Origin: an uncultured virus (IMG/VR IMGVR_UViG_3300035696_000032)
Taxonomy: Duplodnaviria; Heunggongvirae; Uroviricota; Caudoviricetes
Virus record (IMG/VR): IMGVR_UViG_3300035696_000032
Length of the DNA: 64,000 bases
Direction: 5' to 3' (one strand)
Below are positions 53,733-62,738 of the stretch, piece after piece; positions within the stretch are counted from its first letter, which is position 1; each line of letters opens with the position of its first letter. The position numbers and the translations under genes are program-made. A model generated the notes under the pieces. That model saw only the letters and a program-made list of their open reading frames with translations. It did not search any database and was not told the origin of the DNA.

Positions 53733-56381
53733 CTACCATCCGGCTCCGGTCTGATAAGACCTGCGCCGCTTCAGCGCGACCTTCGGAAGGGCTTGCCGAG
53801 CCCGCCGGCCCCGCGGGCGGCGCTTCTTCCGTGGGTTCGTCCTGGGAGGGAGTGGCCGCGGCGCAGGGCCCTCAGGTGGCTGCGGGCGAGGGCGCGGCCC
53901 GAAGTTCCAGCGCGAGGCGGCCCACAGGATTCCGATGGTGGCCGCGGCGCCAACGGCGACACCCGCGAGCGCAATCGCCCACGTCGGGATGGCCGTTCCG
54001 CTGACGGCTGGCATGGCCGTGGGCGGCTCGGCGAACGCGATGGCCTCGGAGACCGCCTGCTCGGGGGGTTGGACCAGGATGTACGCCGGCGGGTAGTTCC
54101 GCTTGACGTAGGAGCGTTCCATGTTGCCGATGGTCTGGTCGAAGTACGCCTGGGTCTCGGCGGGCCACCGGTCGTACTGGTAGGGGTAGTAGCCACCGCC
54201 TCCACCGCCTCCGCCCGAGGGTCGGGGCGGGTTCACGACGACGAGCGTCGCGGTCTCTCCGACCGTGCCCTGCACAGCGGGCCGGACGGAGACCACGAGA
54301 TTCGCCGCGTCGAGGATGGCCTCCGCGCCGGCGATTCCGCTGGCGACCTTCAGACTCGCAACCTCATCCACGGCCTCCGTGCCGGTGACGAAGTGACCGG
54401 TCTGGACGATGCCCGACTCGAAGATGGTGCCGGAGCCGGAGACCGGGCCGGAGACCGTCAGGCCGACGACCTCGGCGATGCGGCCGTAGGCGGTGGCCGC
54501 GCCGTATGCGACGGCGCGCCCGAACTCCGTGACGAACTCGGAGACCTTCGGATACTCGGAGACGATGAGTTCGAAGGTCTCGGAGACGGCCTCCGTGCCG
54601 GTGGCGACCGCCCCGGCAAAGGCGGTGCCGGTTTCCTGGACCTCCTCGGCCCCCGTGACGGGGATGACTACTTGGGAGGTTGCGACCTCGGCGACCGCCT
54701 CGGCGCCTGTCGGGCGGGACGGGACGAAGACGACCCCCGCCTCGCCGACGATTTCCAGTACGGGCAGGCCGATGCTGGTCGTGATGACACCGTGTACGTT
54801 GACCGCTTCTTCGCCGACCGGTTTGAACCCGGCGCCGGCCACGCCCGTCTCGTAGACGGTCTCGGTCCCCTGGACGGCCTGAGAGTAGACGATGCTGAAC
54901 GTCTCCTGGACCTGCTCGGTGCCGGTCGGCTTCTCCGATACCACCACGTAGGACGTCTCAGTGATGGCCTCCGCCCCGGTGACTACCTCCGAGGTGACCG
55001 AGACACCGACCTCGGCGACGTGCTCGGCTCCCGTCGGCTTCTCCGACGTGACCGAGACCCCGGTCTCGGAGACCTGCTCCGTTCCGGTCGGCTTCTCCGA
55101 GGTGACGGAGACGCCGGATTCCGCGACATGCTCCGCACCGGAAACGACCGACGTGCCGATGGCAACGCCGGTCTCAGAAACCTGCTCCGCGCCGGTGGGC
55201 TTCTCCGACGTGACGGAGACCCCGGTCTCGGAGACCTGCTCGGTCCCGGTGACCGGGTTCTTGCCGATAGCCGCGCCGGCCTCAGCGACGTGCTCCGCAC
55301 CGGCGACAACCTCCGACGTGACGGAGACGCCGGTCTCGGCTACGTGCTCTGCGCCAGTAGGGGCCTCGGAGGTGACCGAAACGCCGACCTCCGCGACGTG
55401 CTCAGCACCCGTCGGTTTCTCCGACGTGACGGAGACACCCGTCTCCGCGATGTGTTCCGCGCCGGTGGGCTTCTCCGACGTCACCGAGACGCCCGTTTCG
55501 GCGACGTGCTCCGCGCCGGTGGGCGCCTCCGACGTAACCGAGACCCCCACCTCGGCGACGTGTTCCGCGCCAGTGGGCTTCTCCGACGTGACGGAGACGC
55601 CGGTCTCGGCTACGTGCTCTGCGCCAGTAGGGGCCTCGGAGGTGACCGAAACGCCGACCTCCGCGACGTGCTCAGCACCCGTCGGTTTCTCCGACGTGAC
55701 GGAGACACCCGTCTCCGCGATGTGTTCCGCGCCGGTGGGCTTCTCCGACGTCACCGAGACGCCCGTTTCGGCGACGTGCTCCGCGCCGGTGGGCGCCTCC
55801 GACGTAACCGAGACCCCCACCTCGGCGACGTGTTCCGCGCCAGTGGGCTTCTCCGACGTGACGGAGACGCCGGTCTCGGCTACGTGCTCTGCGCCAGTAG
55901 GGGCCTCGGAGGTGACCGAAACGCCGACCTCCGCGACGTGCTCAGCACCCGTCGGTTTCTCCGACGTGACAGAGACTCCCGTTTCGGCGACGTGTTCCGC
56001 GCCGGTGGGCTTCTCCGACGTGACCGAAACGCCGGCCTCGGCTACGTGCTCCGCGCCGACGACTACCTCAGAGGTGACGGATACGCCGGATTCAGCAACG
56101 TGCTCGGCGCCAGTGGGCTTCTCCGACGTGACCGAGACGCCGGCCTCGGCTACGTGCTCCGCGCCGGTGGGCTTCTCGGACGTGACCGAAACGCCGGTTT
56201 CGCTGACGAGTTCGACGCCGGTAGGTTTCTCGGAGACGACGAGGCTGTAGGTCTCGGCGATTAGCTCGGTGCCGACCCCACGGGCCCCCGCGTAGGCGAC
56301 TCCGACCTCGGCTACGAACTCCGCGCCGCTGACGAAGTACTCATAGCCGGTGAGGTCCCAGATTTTCCACGCATCCGCCAT
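53733..56381 (-). CDS. Repetitive stalk/fibre protein with C-terminal TM anchor and NP-basic tail
   Basis: More than 20 copies of the 18-aa unit GAEHVAETGVSVTSEKPT; TM helix, then RTNPRKKRR. Confidence 0.85.
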   Translation of the reverse strand: MADAWKIWDLTGYEYFVSGAEFVAEVGVAYAGARGVGTELIAETYSLVVSEKPTGVELVSETGVSVTSEKPTGAEHVAEAGVSVTSEKPTGAEHVAESGVSVTSEVVVGAEHVAEAGVSVTSEKPTGAEHVAETGVSVTSEKPTGAEHVAEVGVSVTSEAPTGAEHVAETGVSVTSEKPTGAEHVAEVGVSVTSEAPTGAEHVAETGVSVTSEKPTGAEHIAETGVSVTSEKPTGAEHVAEVGVSVTSEAPTGAEHVAETGVSVTSEKPTGAEHVAEVGVSVTSEAPTGAEHVAETGVSVTSEKPTGAEHIAETGVSVTSEKPTGAEHVAEVGVSVTSEAPTGAEHVAETGVSVTSEVVAGAEHVAEAGAAIGKNPVTGTEQVSETGVSVTSEKPTGAEQVSETGVAIGTSVVSGAEHVAESGVSVTSEKPTGTEQVSETGVSVTSEKPTGAEHVAEVGVSVTSEVVTGAEAITETSYVVVSEKPTGTEQVQETFSIVYSQAVQGTETVYETGVAGAGFKPVGEEAVNVHGVITTSIGLPVLEIVGEAGVVFVPSRPTGAEAVAEVATSQVVIPVTGAEEVQETGTAFAGAVATGTEAVSETFELIVSEYPKVSEFVTEFGRAVAYGAATAYGRIAEVVGLTVSGPVSGSGTIFESGIVQTGHFVTGTEAVDEVASLKVASGIAGAEAILDAANLVVSVRPAVQGTVGETATLVVVNPPRPSGGGGGGGGYYPYQYDRWPAETQAYFDQTIGNMERSYVKRNYPPAYILVQPPEQAVSEAIAFAEPPTAMPAVSGTAIPTWAIALAGVAVGAAATIGILWAASRWNFGPRPRPQPPEGPAPRPLPPRTNPRKKRRPRGRRARQALPKVALKRRRSYQTGAGW
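55311..55970 (-). repeat. Higher-order 270-bp tandem repeat (5 x 54 bp), about 2.4 apparently identical copies
   Basis: Same sequence starts at 55321, 55591 and 55861. Confidence 0.9.
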
Positions 56382-56401
56382 CGGAGTCTACCTCCGAGGC
56401 G

Positions 56402-56635
56402 CTAATGTGTGGCGGCCGGGGGTGGCTCGACCGTCGGGGCGAGCGTGGTGGAGGTCCGTCCGACGTGGGTCGCCACGCCCTGGAGCACCGCCTTGAGCTG
56501 GTCGAGCGCGAAGGTCAACTCCTCGGAGGAGAAGTCGCCGCGGACGGCGAAACGGTAGCGGCCGGGGCCGAGCTTCGTGAAGACGACCGTCTGCGTCCGT
56601 TGGATGTCGCCCTCTGGTATCTCGCGCTCCGCCAT
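56402..56635 (-). CDS. Small hypothetical protein
   Basis: MAEREIPEG...; operon position. Confidence 0.6.
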   Translation of the reverse strand: MAEREIPEGDIQRTQTVVFTKLGPGRYRFAVRGDFSSEELTFALDQLKAVLQGVATHVGRTSTTLAPTVEPPPAATH

Positions 56636-56640
56636 GTTGC

Positions 56641-57303
56641 TCACCCGGGGAAGATGGAGATGGGTAGCTCTTCCCACGTAAAAGACCCGAAGACGGTGAC
56701 CGCCGTGGTGACCGCGACCATCCCGACGCCCGTTCCGGGCTCCAGGATGATGGAGCCATCGAGCGCCTTCGTCGCGTTGTCCTGAAGCTCCGTCTCGTTG
56801 GTCGTGATGCCCAGGTAGGACTGCACTCCCCGGATGATGGGGGCCGTCGCCGTTCCGGGGTTCGCGCCCGTGGTCAGCGTCAGTCCCGCGTAGGCAGCGC
56901 ACTTCGAGGCGTTCGACGAGCCCTGGATGTTGGGCTGGACCTTCGAGGCGTAGGTCACCACCGCCGTGCCGAACGTAGGGGTTGTCGTGATTTCGAACAG
57001 GACGATGAGGGCGGCGGCGGCTGGCATCGCGTTCGCCGTGGCCGTGACCTCCAGGACCGATGCGATGACGGCGGACCCCGGCGGATTCCAGAGCGCGAGC
57101 CCGGTGTACGTCGTGGTGGACGCCAGCGATAACGCCGTCGCGGCCTGATGGGCGACGTTGAAGAGACGGTTGTTGTAGTTCGTGGTGAACTGCATCCCGT
57201 GGTCGTTGACGTAGATGATGCCGCCCTGCTGGTCGAGACGGAACGCACCGGGCGAACCGATGCCAAGCTGTTGTTCGCCAACGACGCCCTCGACCAGCAC
57301 CAT
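56641..57303 (-). CDS. Beta-sandwich putative structural protein, paralogue A
   Basis: LWNPPGS...GSIILEPG...FTWEEL; closely similar to 57316-57975. Confidence 0.8.
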   Translation of the reverse strand: MVLVEGVVGEQQLGIGSPGAFRLDQQGGIIYVNDHGMQFTTNYNNRLFNVAHQAATALSLASTTTYTGLALWNPPGSAVIASVLEVTATANAMPAAAALIVLFEITTTPTFGTAVVTYASKVQPNIQGSSNASKCAAYAGLTLTTGANPGTATAPIIRGVQSYLGITTNETELQDNATKALDGSIILEPGTGVGMVAVTTAVTVFGSFTWEELPISIFPG

Positions 57304-57315
57304 GTCTCGTCCTCC

Positions 57316-57975
57316 CTATCCGGGGTAGATGGAGAGGGGCAGTTCTTCCCAGGTGAACGACCCGATGACGGTGATGGCGGTGGTGGCGGCGACGATGCCG
57401 ACGCCCGTGCCGGGTTCGAGGATGATGCTGCCCTCGATGGCCTTCGTCACGACGCCCTGGATGGAGGTGGCGTCCGTGGTCACGCCGAGGTAGGACGCGA
57501 GCGCCCGGATGATGGGCGCGGTGGCAGCGTCGGGGGCCGCCGCCAGGGTGAGGGCCGTGTAGCCAGCGCACTTCGAGGCGTTGGACGAGCCCTGGATGGA
57601 CGGCTGCACCTTCGCGGCGTAGGTGACCTGCGCCGTGGTGAACGCGGAGGGGGTGCTCGTGATTTCGAAGAGCAGGATGGCGGCCGCCGCCGTGGGCAGC
57701 GTCGCCACGTTGACCGTGCACTCGTCGACGGACGCGATGACCGCGGACCCCGGGGGATTCCAGAGCGCGAGCCCGGTGTACGTCGTCGCGCCGATGAGGG
57801 TCAGCGCCTGCACGGACTGGTTCGCCACCGTGTAGAGACGGTTGTTGTAGTTGCCGGTGAAGCGCCATCCGTGGTCGTTCGCGGCCACGACGCCGCCCTG
57901 CTGGTCCATACGGGCCGCGCCCGGAGAACCGATGCCCAGTTGCTGCTCACCAACGACGCCTTCCGCTAGAACCAT
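57316..57975 (-). CDS. Beta-sandwich putative structural protein, paralogue B
   Basis: Tandem duplicate of 56641-57303. Confidence 0.8.
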   Translation of the reverse strand: MVLAEGVVGEQQLGIGSPGAARMDQQGGVVAANDHGWRFTGNYNNRLYTVANQSVQALTLIGATTYTGLALWNPPGSAVIASVDECTVNVATLPTAAAAILLFEITSTPSAFTTAQVTYAAKVQPSIQGSSNASKCAGYTALTLAAAPDAATAPIIRALASYLGVTTDATSIQGVVTKAIEGSIILEPGTGVGIVAATTAITVIGSFTWEELPLSIYPG

Positions 57976-57986
57976 CTTTCACCACC

Positions 57987-58343
57987 TCACCGTCGAATGG
58001 ACGTCCCGGTCCGGAGATACTCCCGGGCCTTTTGAACCTTGACCACATCCTCTGTGTAACGTCGGTCGAACTGCGTGAGGAAAATCTCCTCCTGCATCGC
58101 CCGCTGCTGGTACGGGTCGACGTGAAGCTCGCCCAGGTTGCTGACGTAGGCGAGGTTGTTCGGCGCGTTCGGGTCGCCGAGGTGAACGACCTCGGCCTCC
58201 TCGTAGTTGTAGGCGCCCACGACAGGGTCGAAGATAATCCACAGCCGCGTTCGCATCTTCTTGCCGGTGGAGTCCGGCGGAAGACCGATGTAGTCTTCCT
58301 CGGAGCCCGGGAACAGTTGCTGGAAGTCCGGATTGTAAGCCAT
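57987..58343 (-). CDS. Hypothetical structural-operon protein
   Basis: IGLPPDSTGKKMR; operon position. Confidence 0.7.
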   Translation of the reverse strand: MAYNPDFQQLFPGSEEDYIGLPPDSTGKKMRTRLWIIFDPVVGAYNYEEAEVVHLGDPNAPNNLAYVSNLGELHVDPYQQRAMQEEIFLTQFDRRYTEDVVKVQKAREYLRTGTSIRR

Positions 58344-58344
58344 C

Positions 58345-58647
58345 TCACCAGGTCACCAGGAAGACGCGCGCGGGAGAGCAGTAGCAACGCACCGGGGCGT
58401 CGCCGTGCTCCGTCGAGCCGATGATGGAGATGGTGTCCGAGCACTTCGGGCAGTCGGCAGTGATGCGCCAAATCGCCTTGCCCTTCATGGAGCCGTCCTC
58501 GGTCTGGGTCGCGGCGACCGCCGTCCCCGCGACCTTCGTCCACGCGAACTTCCGTCCGGTGGCGCCGTCGACTGGGGCGGGGGCCGAACCGGTCCACGCT
58601 TCGGGGGGGAGGCTCGGGGCTTCTGCGGGGATGGCCTTGTGCGGCAT
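58345..58647 (-). CDS. Small Zn-ribbon-like protein
   Basis: CPKC...CYC. Confidence 0.6.
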   Translation of the reverse strand: MPHKAIPAEAPSLPPEAWTGSAPAPVDGATGRKFAWTKVAGTAVAATQTEDGSMKGKAIWRITADCPKCSDTISIIGSTEHGDAPVRCYCSPARVFLVTW

Positions 58648-58649
58648 GT

Positions 58650-59258
58650 TCAGCTCCAGGTGTAGGTGAGGGTCGCCGCGGCGGTTCCGCTCGCGGAGAC
58701 GGCCTGACCCGTGAAGACGTCGTGGGTGATGGCGAAGGTCGAGTTGCTCGCCATGCCCGCCGTCGTCGTGATGTAGAGGGCAAGCTCGGTGATGGTGACG
58801 GTTCCGGCCGTGGTGTTGTTCCAGGTCGCGGTGACGGTGAACGTACCGCTCGCGCCGCCCGCGACGATGGCCGTGACGGAGGCGCCGACCGGGTTGGTGG
58901 CGCCGCCGGCCGACGTGCCGATGACGTAGTCGGACCACGTCGCCGCGGTGCCGTTCGTGCCGAACGCGATGGCCGGGGTGCCCGCGAGGACCTGCGCGGT
59001 CTGCGCGTGCGACGCCCCGCTCGTGTCCTTGAAGGACAGCCCGGAGACGTTGAGCTGGCTGACGACAAAGAACTGCGCCGACTGGAGCAGCGTCATGTCG
59101 CACTCCTTGTCGAACGTGCTCGTGACCTTACCGTCCGCGTCACGGCACACGAGGTTCAGATGGGCACTCACGTTCCCCTTTGCAGCCAGGCTGGGCCCGG
59201 GCGAAACAACGGCCCTCTCCCCCGCTCCCCCGCCGGGCGTATCAACAGCCGACGACAT
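58650..59258 (-). CDS. Putative virion/tail-like structural protein
   Basis: IAFGTNGTAATWSD...TITELAL pattern recalled from phage minor structural proteins. Confidence 0.7.
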   Translation of the reverse strand: MSSAVDTPGGGAGERAVVSPGPSLAAKGNVSAHLNLVCRDADGKVTSTFDKECDMTLLQSAQFFVVSQLNVSGLSFKDTSGASHAQTAQVLAGTPAIAFGTNGTAATWSDYVIGTSAGGATNPVGASVTAIVAGGASGTFTVTATWNNTTAGTVTITELALYITTTAGMASNSTFAITHDVFTGQAVSASGTAAATLTYTWS

Positions 59259-59267
59259 CGTCTCCTC

Positions 59268-59295
59268 CACCCGGTTGACGCTATTTGAGCCCTAG
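59268..59295 (-). promoter_or_regulatory. Class L promoter motif
   Basis: AGGGCTCAAATA-N7-CCGGGTGG. Confidence 0.7.
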
Positions 59296-59308
59296 GTCGA
59301 TGGAGAGG

Positions 59309-59379
59309 TAGGCCCGGGGAGAGTCGAACCCCCTTCTCCAATTTATCAGAATGGTGTCCTGCCGTTAGACGACGGGCCC
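59309..59379 (-). tRNA. trnI: tRNA-Ile(GAT)
   Basis: CCATT-CTGATAA-ATTGG. Confidence 0.85.
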
Positions 59380-59392
59380 GTTGCGATGCGAA

Positions 59393-59466
59393 TGGGCGCG
59401 GCGAGAATCGAACTCGCGTCTACGTCAGCTTATAAGGCTGGAGCAAGACCACTATGCGACGCGCCC
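59393..59466 (-). tRNA. trnI: tRNA-Ile(TAT)
   Basis: CCAGC-CTTATAA-GCTGA. Confidence 0.85.
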
Positions 59467-59533
59467 GCTCGGCCGAATCAGCGGACCGTCGCGTATGCGG
59501 GGCGTCACGAGGGGATGAACGGGCTCCCGCTAC

Positions 59534-60229
59534 TTAACGGTCGCGGAGCCGCACGACCCGTCGGGTGCGCCGCCCCATGAACGAACGGTCCTCGACCTGG
59601 GTCACGAGGTAGCCCGCCTTGCTGAACGAGATGACCTCGCCCTCGCCGATGTACTGGGAGAGGATGGAGACGTTCGTGCCGTAGCGGGTCGAGCAGATGA
59701 GCGTGGTCTCGCCCATGACGGCCTTCTCCGAGGCGCTCCAGGAGACCGGGCGCTCGCACTTCAACGTCCGGCCGGCCTTCGTGTCGAGGAAGCGCGGCTG
59801 CTCCCGGTAGATGAGCATCGGCTCGTCGCGCTCGAAGGTCGCAAGTTGCATGACGGCGGGCTTGAGGTCGGCGGGGAGCTTGTTGAACTTCCCATGCTGG
59901 AACCAGGTCGGCTGCATCGCGTCGACCAACGGGACGAGGTTGTAACGGACCCACTGCTCCTTGATTTGCGGCCGAAGTCCCTGGAGGAGAAACGAGCGGA
60001 GCCCGGAGTAGCCCTCCTGGAAGGGCATGTCCATCTCGTGCTGCTGCGCCTCCTCGATGGTCGTCCCGGCCTTCGCGTACTGTTCCTTCAGCTTCGGGTC
60101 CATCTCGGCGAGCTTGCGGAAGCCCTCCTGCGTCTGCTGATGGAACTCCTGGAAGCGTTCGTCGGCGACCTCGTTGACGCGGCGCGAGAGGGCGTCGATG
60201 ACGAGGACCTGCTGGGGAGTCAGCCGCAC
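59534..60229 (-). CDS. Hypothetical protein
   Basis: 231-aa ORF; degenerate class L-like motif near 60245-60263. Confidence 0.65.
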   Translation of the reverse strand: MRLTPQQVLVIDALSRRVNEVADERFQEFHQQTQEGFRKLAEMDPKLKEQYAKAGTTIEEAQQHEMDMPFQEGYSGLRSFLLQGLRPQIKEQWVRYNLVPLVDAMQPTWFQHGKFNKLPADLKPAVMQLATFERDEPMLIYREQPRFLDTKAGRTLKCERPVSWSASEKAVMGETTLICSTRYGTNVSILSQYIGEGEVISFSKAGYLVTQVEDRSFMGRRTRRVVRLRDR

Positions 60230-60277
60230 CCTGAGGCCAGGAGGCCCGGACTATTCAAGACCCGCGCCGCCGCGACC

Positions 60278-60288
60278 TATTTATATAT
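60278..60288 (+). promoter_or_regulatory. Class E TATA box
   Basis: TATTTATATAT about 20 nt before ATG 60309, consistent with a leaderless transcript. Confidence 0.7.
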
Positions 60289-60308
60289 CACGCTACCTGA
60301 GCCTAATC

Positions 60309-60764
60309 ATGGAGGCTGCCGCGGTCCCGGCCATCACCCGGTTCCGTGGTGACTACCACTTTCTCTCGAACTTCTACGAGGCGGACGTGCCGTACGGTGG
60401 GAAGCTCTACCCGACGGCCGAGCACGCCTACCAGGCCGCCAAGACCGGCGACCCCGAGGTGAAGGAGGCCATCCGGAGGGCCAAGACGCCGGGCGAGGCG
60501 AAGCGGATGGGGCGGCGCGCGGCGCGGCGGCTTGACTGGCTCGAAGTCCGACGGTCCATTATGTACGCCGTCGTGCAGGCGAAGTTCCTCCGCCATGCCG
60601 ACCTGCGCCAGAAGCTGCTCGACACCGGGGATGCCGTGCTCATCGAGGGCAACGACTGGGGCGACAGGTACTGGGGCATGGTCGAGAACGAGGCGGGCAC
60701 CTTGAAAGGGGAAAACCACCTCGGTCAGATTCTCATGCGGGTTCGAGCGGAGTTGCGACGATGA
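60309..60764 (+). CDS. NADAR (YbiA-like) protein
   Basis: FLSNFY, TAEHAYQAAK, AKRMGR, LIEGNDWGDRYWG, GENHLGQILM. Confidence 0.92.
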   Translation: MEAAAVPAITRFRGDYHFLSNFYEADVPYGGKLYPTAEHAYQAAKTGDPEVKEAIRRAKTPGEAKRMGRRAARRLDWLEVRRSIMYAVVQAKFLRHADLRQKLLDTGDAVLIEGNDWGDRYWGMVENEAGTLKGENHLGQILMRVRAELRR

Positions 60765-61342
60765 AGCCGTGGACGAAGAAGCAGCAGCGCGAGTACGGTC
60801 TGAAAATCCTGTGGGACGAGCATCGGAGGCTCCTCTCCGCCTACCTGTGGGCCCACCGGTACTTCGAGAGCCGCGGCGACGACCCGAACACCTACATGGT
60901 CCCGAAGGACGGCTCGCTCGACCCGATGCGGACTGCCAAGAGCGCCATCCAGGCGCAACTCAGCGAGAACGCCACCGCGCTCTACAAGGCGATGGGCCTG
61001 AAGGACGAGGGTCGGCAGTGCCGATACTGCCTCGTCCGCCCGGCCACCCACTTTTACGCCGGGCACTTCCTCGGTCCCCGCTACGGGGAGATGGGCCAGT
61101 CCGGCTGCGCCGACCCCGCCTGCGACAAGACCTGCGACGTGTGGGGCGGCAGCATCGGCTACGCTCGGCGCCATCCGTACTACTGGGTCACGGAGACGAG
61201 CAAGCACGGGAAGCGCCGGTACCAGCAGGCCGACCGGGAGAAGGCCGAACTCCTCGTGGACGGCAAGTGGGTCCGTGGCAAGTGGAACCCCGACGTGGTC
61301 GAGAAGGGCGTCCACATGGGCGGCCGTTGGGAGCCCGCGTAG
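60761..61342 (+). CDS. Hypothetical protein (Cys motifs)
   Basis: ATGA coupling to NADAR. Confidence 0.7.
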   Translation: MKPWTKKQQREYGLKILWDEHRRLLSAYLWAHRYFESRGDDPNTYMVPKDGSLDPMRTAKSAIQAQLSENATALYKAMGLKDEGRQCRYCLVRPATHFYAGHFLGPRYGEMGQSGCADPACDKTCDVWGGSIGYARRHPYYWVTETSKHGKRRYQQADREKAELLVDGKWVRGKWNPDVVEKGVHMGGRWEPA

Positions 61343-61345
61343 GCA

Positions 61346-61356
61346 TATTTATATAT
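61346..61356 (+). promoter_or_regulatory. Class E TATA box
   Basis: TATTTATATAT; GGAGG before ATG 61387. Confidence 0.7.
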
Positions 61357-61386
61357 GTCAGAACCCATGTCCAATATGGAGGAACC

Positions 61387-62341
61387 ATGAGCATCCCCAC
61401 ACCCCCGGCTCCCGGGCCGCAGGGCCCTGGTCACGAGTGCTTCGACTGCGGGTCTTCTTGCAAGACCTGCTGGCGACTCACGAGCGATAATCAGTGGGTC
61501 CACAAGGGCGACCCGTGGACGTGCCGCTGCCCTGCCTGTCCGATTTCTCGGTCGCCCATTCCGAACGAACTGCCCCCTCCGGTCCAGTGACCATGCGCGT
61601 GCGGCGCGTCGGCCTTCTGAGGAAGCAGGACCCGGCCCTGCGGAAGCCCTCGCCGGCTTCCCTTCGGACGGACCGCCTCATGGAACGACTCCACGCCGCG
61701 AAGGCGAAGGACTTCATCTGGAAGGAGACGTGGCAGGAGTTCGCGCGGCTCTCGAACAACGAGCCCGACATCTACGGGCGACGCATCTTCACCCCGCTCG
61801 CCACCGACAAGGCGGCCTACGTCGCCAAGGTCTGCCACCGCGCGTACCTCCGCGGCGTGCTTCCGATGGGCCGCTCCTGGTCGTATCTCTCGGGGGCCAT
61901 CCGTATGATATTTCACGAACTGGAGCAGAGTCCATGAAACTCCCTCCCCGCCCCCGCAAGGGAACGAAGTGCCGCAGCCACAAGTGCCGGCGGCCTGCGA
62001 CGGAGTTCGACTACCTCGGGCACCTCGTCCGCGGCTACAAGAAGCTCCCGAAGCGCCGGATGATGGCCTGGGAGCGCCTGCCGTACTGCACCGTCCACGG
62101 CCTCGCCAACCGGTTCGGCCTTGACGCCTACAAGTGCCCGAGCCGAGAGTGCCTTCGGAACCGGTTGGTCGCCGCCGGGGGCTGGCTCAACTCGCGGACG
62201 CACCCGGAGGACCTCTACGTCTACATCCCCGCCGAGGCCACGCTGGTCGAGCCGCCGACGGTCGAGGAAGGTCCGAAGCCCATCCCACCGGCGAAGGTCC
62301 ACTGCCCCTGGTGCGGCACGCTGATGCGCGAGGTGCGCTGA
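61387..62341 (+). other. Three hypothetical ORFs (61387-61590 Cys-rich, 61593-61937, 61934-62341 Zn-finger)
   Basis: Close coupling; CxxC motifs. Confidence 0.65.
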
Positions 62342-62366
62342 CCCACTATTTATTTAAGGTGAAACC

Positions 62367-62738
62367 ATGACCGATGCGATGAAGACCCCGGCCAAGCCTC
62401 CCCGCCCTAAGAAGCAGAACTCCGCGCCCCGGCTGATTCAGCTTCCGGAGGACGTCTCGAAGTGGCTGGGGAAGCACCCCGACTTCAACCTCTCAGAGTT
62501 CGTTCGTGAGGAATGGCGCCGATGGAACTCGGACGGCCGCACGGACTGGCCGGTCGGCCAGCACCGCGGTCGACTTCCCGACGGCGTACCTCGGCCCGTC
62601 CGCGTCGTGACGACCGTCGCACTCGACCCGGCCATCGTCCACCAAATCGACCGGCTGCGGAAGCGGAAGCCGAGCTTCAACATGAGCGCCTGGGTCGAGC
62701 AGATTATCCGGGAGAAGGTCGGCCTCCCGGCCTCGTGA
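62367..62738 (+). CDS. Tandem RHH-like DNA-binding protein
   Basis: FNLSEFVREE...TTVALD...FNMSAWVEQII; paralogue of 42979-43305. Confidence 0.7.
   Translation: MTDAMKTPAKPPRPKKQNSAPRLIQLPEDVSKWLGKHPDFNLSEFVREEWRRWNSDGRTDWPVGQHRGRLPDGVPRPVRVVTTVALDPAIVHQIDRLRKRKPSFNMSAWVEQIIREKVGLPAS

Noticed and set aside
54960..56250. Regular repeats resembling a CRISPR array
   Set aside because: Contiguous in-frame 54-bp coding units with no unique spacers; no cas genes seen.
52938..56264. 1108-aa and 429-aa plus-strand ORFs
   Set aside because: Antisense shadows of the repetitive, GC-rich minus-strand fibre gene.
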